Shown in pieces: positions 43,092 to 51,041 of a stretch of DNA of 64,000 bases. The notes beneath the pieces were generated by a model, which worked only from the letters and a program-made list of their open reading frames with translations, was not told the origin of the DNA and made no database searches. A program made the translations under genes and the position numbers. Each line of letters starts with the position of its first letter. The first letter of the stretch is position 1. The DNA is from Bacteroidia bacterium (GTDB lineage Bacteria; Bacteroidota; Bacteroidia; Chitinophagales; UBA2359): assembly GCA_030427245.1 (NCBI GenBank), contig JAUHXA010000001.1, forward strand, positions 91,899 through 155,898, in the 5' to 3' direction.

Positions 43092-43952
43092 TTAATTGAC
43101 ACGCATTTCTGCTCCTTGAACTTCCACAACAGGTGTCCCAAATTCTCCATAAGCTACACCAGTAGGATACGCAACCTGAATCTTGTTGTCATACAAAGCT
43201 TTAATGACAGCTTCATTTACTTTTGGGTTCGCTACCCAATATTTTTTGGGATCTAAAGCAAAAGACAAACTCAATTTGATATAGTGTTCGCCATAATCGC
43301 TGAGGTACATAAAAGGTTTGATGCTCGAATCTATTTCGGGAATAGCATAGACTGTATCCGTAATCAACTGCTTGACTTTGAAGAAATCTTCTGTGTAAGG
43401 TACATTTACCTTGACAGCCATTTTTCGGTTGGGAAGGGTAGAAAGATTTTGAATAGTGCCACTCAAAATCATACTATTGGGAATAATCAGCATCGTATTG
43501 TCAAACTCCTTGAAAATGGTGTGAAAAATCTGAATCTCTTTCACAAAGAGCCACTTACCTTGCAATTTTACTTCATCACTTACTTTGAAGGGGCGCATTA
43601 CTAAAATCAATACACCTGCTGCAAAATTGCTTAGATTGCCCTGCAATGCTAATCCTACCGCAAAACCCATTGCAGCGAGAATCCCTACAATAGAAGTTGT
43701 TTCTATTCCTAATATTCCAGCCACACTAATGACCAAGAGTACTTTTAAGCCAAGATTGACAATAGAATGTACGAAAGATTGAATTTCGGGAGTGGTAAAC
43801 TTTGACTTTTTGAGAGAAGCATCTACTAGCCTATTGATGTAATTGATAACCAACCAACCCACTACCAATACGAACAGTGCCATTGCTACCTTTGGAGCAT
43901 ACTCTATGCACATAGAAATAATTTGCTGAACGTAAACATTTGCTTGTTCCAT
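43092..43952 (-). CDS. Small-conductance mechanosensitive channel (MscS family)
   Basis: 286 aa. Three N-terminal TM helices are followed by the pore-helix/beta-domain string ...GLALQGNLSNFAAGVLILVMRPFKVSDEV... Confidence 0.8.
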   Translation of the reverse strand: MEQANVYVQQIISMCIEYAPKVAMALFVLVVGWLVINYINRLVDASLKKSKFTTPEIQSFVHSIVNLGLKVLLVISVAGILGIETTSIVGILAAMGFAVGLALQGNLSNFAAGVLILVMRPFKVSDEVKLQGKWLFVKEIQIFHTIFKEFDNTMLIIPNSMILSGTIQNLSTLPNRKMAVKVNVPYTEDFFKVKQLITDTVYAIPEIDSSIKPFMYLSDYGEHYIKLSLSFALDPKKYWVANPKVNEAVIKALYDNKIQVAYPTGVAYGEFGTPVVEVQGAEMRVN

Positions 43953-43996
43953 AAGAAAAGTATTTTTTAAATTTTTTAATGGTAAATTTTATTATA

Positions 43997-45925
43997 TTAT
44001 TTCGTTTTTCTGCAATCCATCATTAGGTGTTGTCTGATATGTGTTACTTCATTTTCCGTCAATACCCCCAGCAGCTTTCCTTCCTTGACAACAGGCAAAC
44101 AAGCAATAGATTGACTCCCCATCAGCTCAAATGCTTGCTGCAAATCCATTTCTGGCTCAATAACTTGTATCTTTGTCAGCATAATATCTCCTACTGTAAT
44201 CCACTTATCTTTTTCGACAGAATTGGCAAGTGTTTCTGGACTTGGTAATAGATAGCTTACTACCAACCCTACAAAGTCACCTTCAGCATCTTCTGCGGCT
44301 AAAAAATTAAGCTTCTGCCACTTCATAACATTCACTGCCAACTCCGCTACATCCTCTACTCCGATTGTTTGCAAGTCTGTCTGCATCACCTCCTCCACCT
44401 TCAAACCTATTGGAAAGTACCCCTCCAAATTAGCCGATTTGGGCATTTCCCATGTATGCACTGCCCGTTTTTTCCATTGATTTTTGATGATATTTGCTGT
44501 CAATACAGTCAAGGCTTTTTGAGGAGGATTTTTTTTCAGTAAATTGTTATATGCACTCAGAATCCAACTAGCTCCACTGGTTTTTTGCTGAGTTCTTTTT
44601 TCGATGATTCCGAGATATAGATCAATATCCGATGAATCCACACCTCTACTTTTCAATCCCTTTCGGGCGAGTGGGATGAGTTTATGAAGTAATAAATCAG
44701 TCGCCGCTATTTTTTGACCATCCAGCCAAGACAGTTCAGACTCAATTCCATACTTTGCAGCTTTTCCAAAATTTTCCTTCACTTCCACAAATGAAATCCG
44801 CTTCCGCACATCTTCCACTTCCTCTGCCAAGCCAATCATTGTCCCCCACCACAAAGCAGCATTTGCCATTTCATCCTCAACAGTCGGTCCAGCAGGCAAC
44901 ATTCTATTTTCAATCCGCAAATGTGGTTTACCATTCGGACTAATACCATAACAAGGACGATTCCAACGATAAACGGTCGAGTTGTAAATTTGCAGTGCCT
45001 TTAACTGAGGAGTTATTCCTTGCTGAATTTTTTCAAAAGGGTTTTCGACTATATCTCCCGTAATCATCACTTTGAAGCGAGCAATATCTTCTTTGAAAAT
45101 ATCCAAAACGGAATGTTGTACCCAATCGTTACCAAAAATGACACGTGGTCGCCTTTCCTTCAAATACTCACAAGTTAAGCTTGTATCCGAAGCCTGTTGA
45201 TAAAATTTCATTCGTGATTCGTGCCAAAGTCGCTTGCCAAATACAAGGGGCGAATTGGCAGCAGTCGCCAATACAGGACCTGCAAGCGCCTGAGCAATAT
45301 TGTAGTATTTGGCAAATTCGTCTGAAGCTACTTGAAGGTGAAGCTGAAAACTGGTATTGCAGGCCGGCAATAAAGACGAACGAGAATGAAAAACCAACTC
45401 GTCTATGCCTTCCATATGGAACTTAAATTTTCGGTCAGGTATTTGATTTTGCGTATTTTCCAGTATTCCTCTATATCGCTTATTGTTCGTCAAATTGTGC
45501 AAATCCACATCGTAACGATGCAAAGTAGGTAAAATCCCTGTTAGCACTACTTCTGCTCCCAAAGAATGTGCAACAGCTCTGATTGTAGCTAGATAGTCAT
45601 GGCTTTCTCTTACCATTTCGCTCAAAGAATTCCCTTTCAATTCCAAAGGATTCAAATTGGTTTCGAGATTGAACTTTCCCAGCTCTGTTTTCAACCATGG
45701 CTTTTCCTTCAATATTTGCAATATCTGCATGTTGATTGGGCTTGGCTTCAATGAGTGTTTATCTACCAAGAAGATTTCTTGTTCTGCTCCAATTCGGGTG
45801 ATATTGTTTTCGAACCAGTCGTGTTTCAGCAAATACTCCAATGCTGCGACATCCTTTAATAAGGCACGCACGAATTGCTGCACCTGTGTTTGACTTTTTA
45901 CACGAGATACTGTTTGAAGTCCCAT
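43997..45925 (-). CDS. Carboxylate-amine ligase (glutamate-cysteine ligase family 2-like) fused to C-terminal CBS pair
   Basis: 642 aa. N-terminal ...RIGAEQEIFLVD... and ...LHLQV..., typical of GCS2/YbdK-like ligases. The C-terminal ~130 aa have two CBS-like repeats (…VMQTDLQTIGVEDV… and …IMLTKIQVIEPEMDLQQAFELM…CLPVVKEGKLLGVLTENEV). Confidence 0.7.
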   Translation of the reverse strand: MGLQTVSRVKSQTQVQQFVRALLKDVAALEYLLKHDWFENNITRIGAEQEIFLVDKHSLKPSPINMQILQILKEKPWLKTELGKFNLETNLNPLELKGNSLSEMVRESHDYLATIRAVAHSLGAEVVLTGILPTLHRYDVDLHNLTNNKRYRGILENTQNQIPDRKFKFHMEGIDELVFHSRSSLLPACNTSFQLHLQVASDEFAKYYNIAQALAGPVLATAANSPLVFGKRLWHESRMKFYQQASDTSLTCEYLKERRPRVIFGNDWVQHSVLDIFKEDIARFKVMITGDIVENPFEKIQQGITPQLKALQIYNSTVYRWNRPCYGISPNGKPHLRIENRMLPAGPTVEDEMANAALWWGTMIGLAEEVEDVRKRISFVEVKENFGKAAKYGIESELSWLDGQKIAATDLLLHKLIPLARKGLKSRGVDSSDIDLYLGIIEKRTQQKTSGASWILSAYNNLLKKNPPQKALTVLTANIIKNQWKKRAVHTWEMPKSANLEGYFPIGLKVEEVMQTDLQTIGVEDVAELAVNVMKWQKLNFLAAEDAEGDFVGLVVSYLLPSPETLANSVEKDKWITVGDIMLTKIQVIEPEMDLQQAFELMGSQSIACLPVVKEGKLLGVLTENEVTHIRQHLMMDCRKTK

Positions 45926-46001
45926 AGTTGTTGTTATGTTTAAACGAAAGGAATAGCCCTATTTTCTTTTTTTTCAATAATTATGTCATGCCCCTCAATT
46001 T

Positions 46002-47039
46002 CTATACAACTGCCATGCTCACTTGAGTAGAGCGACGTTTTAGGTTTTGTAAAGGCAACATCTTGAAGAACAATTCTGCAATGGGTAATTTCAGTTCTTC
46101 AATCATATCGAAGTAAACTCCAGGGTGGCAATTGATATCCACCACCTTGTACCCCTCTGAGGTTTTAATCAAGTCTAAACCGAAATAATTAGCTCCCAAT
46201 ACTTCTCCAATTTTTTTAGCAATCGCTTCAATTTCTGGACTGGGTTTTACATAGTCCGCCTGCCCTCCCGTTTGATGCTTATCATAGACCTTCCAACCAG
46301 CTATTTTTTCATGCCTCTTGCGAAAGCCATACAAAACCGTTCCGTTGAACACCGTCAATCCCAACCAATCTTTCATATCATTGGGATAGAACTTCTCTAA
46401 ATAGAATTGCTTTCCTCCATTGTATTCGATAATGTCTCGCAACTGCGTGTATTTATCTACTTTGATGATACCTATTCCCCAAGAAGAACGTCTGGGCTTG
46501 ATCAAGAAAGAAGATTCTTTGAATTTCTCCTCTAACAGTTCGTGATTGTTCTGACTTACCAAATACAATTCAGAAACAGGAATTCCATGACTGTGCAAAA
46601 TGCTAAAAGCCGTAAATTTATCTGTTGCCACATTATAGAAGCTGTAAGGGTTGTGTACCTTTGTGCTTAACTCCAATACACGAAGCACCTCTAATTGATA
46701 GCTGTCAATGTGTCTATCTAAGTCTCCCATCCAGATATAATGGTCGAAATCATTCAAACAAACACCGTTCTGCAATAAAATTCGATGGTTTTGGATGTTG
46801 GCATCTCTAAAATCCAAATTATTTGTATAATTCACTCCTAAGTCATCCAAATATGCTATATACAAATCATACAGTCTTTGGTCGATATTTCCTGGATTGT
46901 CCTCGTTCATGGCTTGGCTCAAATCTCGACGAGGTGGAATCCACAAACCAATTTTTAAATTTTTGTCCATTTTGTAGTCTATTTTTGGTTGATTACTTTT
47001 TTGAATAATTGTCTTAACAATAGTTTGGGTAGTTTTCAT
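46002..47039 (-). CDS. ATP-grasp ligase (RimK/alpha-L-glutamate-ligase-like)
   Basis: 345 aa. ...FLIKPRRSSWGIGIIKV...YLEKFY...NYFGLDLIKTSEGYKVVDINCHPG. An alternative start is MDKNLKIG at ~46970. Confidence 0.7.
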   Translation of the reverse strand: MKTTQTIVKTIIQKSNQPKIDYKMDKNLKIGLWIPPRRDLSQAMNEDNPGNIDQRLYDLYIAYLDDLGVNYTNNLDFRDANIQNHRILLQNGVCLNDFDHYIWMGDLDRHIDSYQLEVLRVLELSTKVHNPYSFYNVATDKFTAFSILHSHGIPVSELYLVSQNNHELLEEKFKESSFLIKPRRSSWGIGIIKVDKYTQLRDIIEYNGGKQFYLEKFYPNDMKDWLGLTVFNGTVLYGFRKRHEKIAGWKVYDKHQTGGQADYVKPSPEIEAIAKKIGEVLGANYFGLDLIKTSEGYKVVDINCHPGVYFDMIEELKLPIAELFFKMLPLQNLKRRSTQVSMAVV

Positions 47040-47088
47040 TGAATTTAGAGAAGCAAATTATTGACTATCATTTCTCTGTAAAAAAAAA

Positions 47089-48120
47089 TCATGACATGAC
47101 ACCAGATTTTATTGTAGTAGATTTAATTGCTGCTACAATATTTTTGTGCATTTGAATGCAAATCATTTTATCAGAGAAATCTTTTCTCCAAACAATTCCA
47201 GGCATCGTATTCAATTCGTACACCCATATTTTCCCACTTCTACCTACCCCTATATCAATAGTGTAATATCTGGGCACATACTGATTAAAAGCATTGTCTA
47301 TTTCATAAGCTACCTCTCTGAATCTTTTTGGAAGTTCCCCCACATTAAAATAGAAGAACTCTGCACCACGAGACTGATTACAAATAAAAGTGTTTGCTGG
47401 AGCTACCCTTACAAAAAAGTCTTTGATTTCTCCATTGTAAATAAGTATTCTTAAATCATGCCTACCGTAAATTCCCAATTCTGGAATCCCTAAATCCGAT
47501 TCCATTATAGGCTGAACAATGAATCCTTCTTTTTTGGCAACATAGTCAGACTCCAAATCAGCAAAATTTATTACTTCTATTCCCTTACCCCTTTCTCCAT
47601 ACCGAGGCTTTAGAATAAGCTTATCAGTTCTAAGGTCTGGATGATTTGATGCTGTTCTCAAACTATTACTGATATCAGGTACAGATGTATCAAAAGTTGG
47701 AGGAACGAAATTTGGCAAAAGCTGATAGGTAAGAATTTTGTCTGTCAAGCAATCGCTCATGTCTAAATCATTGAAAAAAATAACCTCGTTTTTAATTAGA
47801 ATATTTCTCAATTCATTAGATTCTGGAAAATTTTGGGGAAGATCCGCATAAGAGGAAGTTATTTCCGATGCTGCAAGTTCAACCATCTTCCACTCACCAT
47901 TTTTGAATATCCATGAAAGTACCTCAGAATCATTTATTGTATTGGCAAAATGCGTGATATAAAGATTGATATTCAATTCATCGCAAAGCATACTTAAATG
48001 TGCATAAGCATCATTAGAGTGTTCTTGATTGAAGGGCTCTTTTTGTCGTACTTGACTGGCAATTGTAGCAATTAAAAGCACATTACTGCGATTGTTCATA
48101 GAGTCATTTAATGAATTCAT
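47089..48120 (-). CDS. ATP-grasp ligase (YheC/YheD-like)
   Basis: 343 aa. ...LILKPRYGERGKGIEVI...FIVQPIM...DLRILIYNGE...YYTIDIGVGRSGKIWVYELNTMPG. Confidence 0.7.
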   Translation of the reverse strand: MNSLNDSMNNRSNVLLIATIASQVRQKEPFNQEHSNDAYAHLSMLCDELNINLYITHFANTINDSEVLSWIFKNGEWKMVELAASEITSSYADLPQNFPESNELRNILIKNEVIFFNDLDMSDCLTDKILTYQLLPNFVPPTFDTSVPDISNSLRTASNHPDLRTDKLILKPRYGERGKGIEVINFADLESDYVAKKEGFIVQPIMESDLGIPELGIYGRHDLRILIYNGEIKDFFVRVAPANTFICNQSRGAEFFYFNVGELPKRFREVAYEIDNAFNQYVPRYYTIDIGVGRSGKIWVYELNTMPGIVWRKDFSDKMICIQMHKNIVAAIKSTTIKSGVMS

Positions 48121-48244
48121 ACTTCTTTTGAATAATTGTCTTGAATAATGTTTGCTATTAATAGCATGACTTTAACAAATAAAAATGTGACCTAATTTTG
48201 AGTTTTTTTAAAAAAAAGTTTTCTTTTTGAAATGTACTTTAAAT

Positions 48245-48285
48245 TAAGTCACATTTTTGCTCCCAATAGATACGTTATTAATAAA
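48245..48285 (-). repeat. Bipartite GTGAC motif (reverse orientation; first half degenerate), plus an extra half-site at 48181-48195 (+)
   Basis: The rc reads TATTAATAACGTATCTATtgggagcAAAAATGTGACTTAA. It lies between the divergent 47089-48120 and sigma-factor genes. Confidence 0.6.
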
Positions 48286-48299
48286 CAACGACTCAAAAT

Positions 48300-48917
48300 A
48301 TGACCCAACAAAACATCATTGAAGGCTTCATCAAAAATGATAAAGAAGTCATTTTATATTTTTACAAAAAACTATTTGCCCAAATAAAGAAGATGATAAT
48401 GGAAAATGGAGGAGATGAAGACGATGTGCGAAACACAATTTGGAAGGCTTTTCACGCATTTAAGATACAATGTCAAAAAAAAGAAAATCATCCCAATAAT
48501 CCCGAAGCCTACATCGTACAAATAGCTCGATTTTTGTGGTATAAAGAATTGAAGCAAAAGAAACGAAAGCAGATGATTCACCAATATTATGATAATCTTC
48601 AAGAAGATATAGAGTTGGTAGAAAGCATTGAAACCACTTTAGTCGAGACCGATAGACAAGAAATTGCTCTCCAATTTCAACAGCAGTTGAACAATATATC
48701 CATCTACTGTCAGCAAATCATCCGATTGAGGTATCAACACGAATTGCCTCATAGCGATATTGCCGCTCGGTACGGAATTTCTGAAACTGCATCTCGAAAA
48801 CGACTGTCTCGCTGCCTAAAAGAATTGGCACGTTTTATTGACTCAAAGGGACTTACCAATCAAATAGCGCATCATTTTCCTTCTGTTATTAAGTATGTTA
48901 AAAAACATGTCCATTAA
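48300..48917 (+). CDS. Sigma-70 family (ECF-like) RNA polymerase sigma factor
   Basis: 205 aa. Region-2-like: ...DDVRNTIWKAFHAF...YIVQIARFLWYKE. Region-4 HTH: CQQIIRLRYQHELPHSDIAARYGISETASRKRLSRCLKEL. Confidence 0.8.
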   Translation: MTQQNIIEGFIKNDKEVILYFYKKLFAQIKKMIMENGGDEDDVRNTIWKAFHAFKIQCQKKENHPNNPEAYIVQIARFLWYKELKQKKRKQMIHQYYDNLQEDIELVESIETTLVETDRQEIALQFQQQLNNISIYCQQIIRLRYQHELPHSDIAARYGISETASRKRLSRCLKELARFIDSKGLTNQIAHHFPSVIKYVKKHVH

Positions 48918-48978
48918 TATATTTTTTACTTAATTTTTAAAGTTATATTTTTATTAATTACACCTAAATTCTCGACTC

Positions 48979-49557
48979 ATGGACTTCAACGAATTAGCTG
49001 ACAAATTTTTAAATGACCAATTGAATGAGCAAGAACGTACACAATTTGACGAGCTACTAAAAAATCCTGACTTTATGGAATCAACCTATCTCAGCGTACT
49101 TTTAAAACAATCATTTAAGAAAAACGACGACCTCCAATTTTTAAGAACGCTTAAGGAAGTAGAACAAACCTTCTATTATCAACAATCCTATACTTTGGAA
49201 GAATTATTGGCTTGTTTTTCTCCTGTTCAAGAATATGAAGATAACCTGTCGACCGTTAGCAGGGCAAGCGATGTAGAAATTTTGCATCCCAAAAACCACA
49301 TCAATTGTGTTGATAACCTGTATTTTGAATGGAGCAAACCCAATCACATTCCTCTATTGCTTATCATCGAAAACAATGAATACGATGTATTGATTCGCAA
49401 AGAAATCCCTATTCAAACGCTCTCATTCAGCATCAATTTGGACTTCAAAAAAGGCTTCAAGCCTGGTCGCTATTATTGGAAATTGACCTCCAAAAGGCAT
49501 GAGATTTCTGCAATAGGGGCGTTTTTTATTGCAAAAGACCTACTCAAAAGAACTTGA
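48979..49557 (+). CDS. Hypothetical soluble protein, anti-sigma-like N-terminus
   Basis: 192 aa. It sits 61 nt downstream of the sigma gene. The N-terminus ELADKFLNDQLNEQERTQFDELLKNPDF resembles the N-terminal helices of short anti-sigma factors. No TM segment. A GGGGCAA...TTGCCCC hairpin follows at ~49585-49611. Confidence 0.55.
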   Translation: MDFNELADKFLNDQLNEQERTQFDELLKNPDFMESTYLSVLLKQSFKKNDDLQFLRTLKEVEQTFYYQQSYTLEELLACFSPVQEYEDNLSTVSRASDVEILHPKNHINCVDNLYFEWSKPNHIPLLLIIENNEYDVLIRKEIPIQTLSFSINLDFKKGFKPGRYYWKLTSKRHEISAIGAFFIAKDLLKRT

Positions 49558-49629
49558 TTGTATTTTTTACAACTCAATACCAACGGGGGCAAAACCCAAA
49601 ACTTGCCCCCTTCAATTAAAAGTACAACA

Positions 49630-50141
49630 AGTTACTCCCAAATACTTACACATTGCAGCACATGGAGTTTCCAATCGCCGCAAAAACGTATTGGGAATTT
49701 TGGTTTCACCAGAGAAAGAGGCACGAAGTGCTTATACCTTCAATGTCATTCCTTCAAAAAAAAACTCCTTTGCAGGCTCGACAACAAACAACTTCCTCGC
49801 CCCAAAGTACCATTTTGTATGCCCACGAACTGTATCAATTGAAGCTCAAAAGCGATCTGGTCTTTTTGAGTTGCTGCGAAAGTGGCGTAGGCAAAATTGC
49901 AGCAAGGGAAGGAATTTTATCCCTTAACAGAGGTCTGCTGTATGTAGGTATTCCCAACATTGTTTTTACCCTCTTCAAAATTTACGACCCAAAAACCGCC
50001 ATTTTTGCCCATCATTTCTACGATTATCTGCTGAATCAAGAAGACAACTATACCGAAGCCTTGCGTTATGCCAAGTTACAATTATTGAAGGAAGATTTGC
50101 CGCCGAGATATTGGGGAACTGAGTATTGCCATATTTTGTAA
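49630..50141 (+). pseudogene. Orphan C-terminal CHAT cassette (frameshifted)
   Basis: Nucleotide-level homolog of 53458-53966, covering TPKYLHIAAHG through LPPRYWG. The A9 tract at ~49756-49764 (A8 in the intact paralog) shifts the frame. The last codons are replaced (…YWGTEYCHIL*). The N-terminal ~800 codons are missing. The three overlapping track ORFs (49529-, 49558-, 49653-) are pieces of this one remnant. Confidence 0.8.
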
Positions 50142-50162
50142 TAGTATGTTTTTTTCTTCCAA

Positions 50163-50200
50163 AGAGGTCACATTTTTTCTCGCCTTAGTCACGCTTAATA
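50163..50200 (-). repeat. Bipartite GTGAC motif (reverse orientation)
   Basis: The rc reads TATTAAGCGTGACTAAggcgagaaaAAATGTGACCTCTT. The cores (50167-50171 and 50188-50192) are 21 bp apart. Confidence 0.75.
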
Positions 50201-50331
50201 TGCAGGTAAATTACTTAAAAAAAGTCTTCTTGACTTGAAGTAAAAAAGGGTTATCCAAAACCTTGTAAAAAAAGTGGACGCAAAGCCAAAAGCGATAGAG
50301 TAGGCACTCATTTAATATAAATTGTAAACCA

Positions 50332-50664
50332 ATGACAATTACAGTAAACCAAAATCAAAACGTACAAGTATTACACCTTAATGGAAAGCTTACAATTGGC
50401 TATGACATGGATTTAAGAAATAAGGTGATGGAACTGGTAGATGCAGGAAATAAAAATTTTGTTATTGACCTAAAACAGGTTCCTCGCATGGATTCTTCTG
50501 GCATGGGAATGCTTATAAATATCCATGTAATAATGAATAGTGAGGGGGGAAGACTCATACTTTGTGAAGCAAACTCCCAAATAATACAACTTTTGGAACT
50601 AGCTCAATTGGATAGTATATTGGAAATAGTTTCAACAGAACAGGAAGCAGTGAGTTCCTTCTAA
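50332..50664 (+). CDS. STAS-domain protein (anti-sigma-factor antagonist, SpoIIAA/RsbV-like)
   Basis: 110 aa. ...VLHLNGKLTIGYDMDLRNKVMELVDAGNKNFVIDLKQVPRMDSSGMGMLINI..., carrying the conserved DSSG phosphorylation-site context. Confidence 0.8.
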   Translation: MTITVNQNQNVQVLHLNGKLTIGYDMDLRNKVMELVDAGNKNFVIDLKQVPRMDSSGMGMLINIHVIMNSEGGRLILCEANSQIIQLLELAQLDSILEIVSTEQEAVSSF

Positions 50665-50849
50665 GTAATAGCAGTCTTAGAATATAGAAATACAGACTAA
50701 GTAAAAAAGAAAAAATAACTCATCGACCAATATTCCCCTTTTGAAAAGCCTGCCCCGATTTCTCGGTGGGGGATGGGGTATGTTAGCAAAAAAAAACGAA
50801 GAGTTATTTTTTTACCCTTACTAAGGCAAATTCGAACTAAAAGAACTTG

Positions 50850-50891
50850 ACCACAAGCGACCTCAATGGTTGTTTGTGGTTTTTTGTTGTT
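50850..50891 (+). terminator. Rho-independent terminator
   Basis: ACCACAAGCGA cctcaatgg TTGTTTGTGGT (11 pairs including 2 G-U), followed by TTTTTGTTGTT. Confidence 0.7.
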
Positions 50892-51041
50892 CAGAAAAGT
50901 AAGTCTCATGGAGATAAATTATTTCTTTCCTATATTTGTCATTGTTTTCAGTTTTCTTTCAAGCAAAAAATATTTTTGTTGCTAAACTGATTAAAAATTG
51001 TTTGAGGAAATCAAATAATTCCATTTTTTGTTTATTAAGCT

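Noticed and set aside
49529-50141. Three separate ORFs (132, 94 and 162 aa) reported by the track
   Set aside because: They are three frames of one frameshifted CHAT remnant, not three genes.
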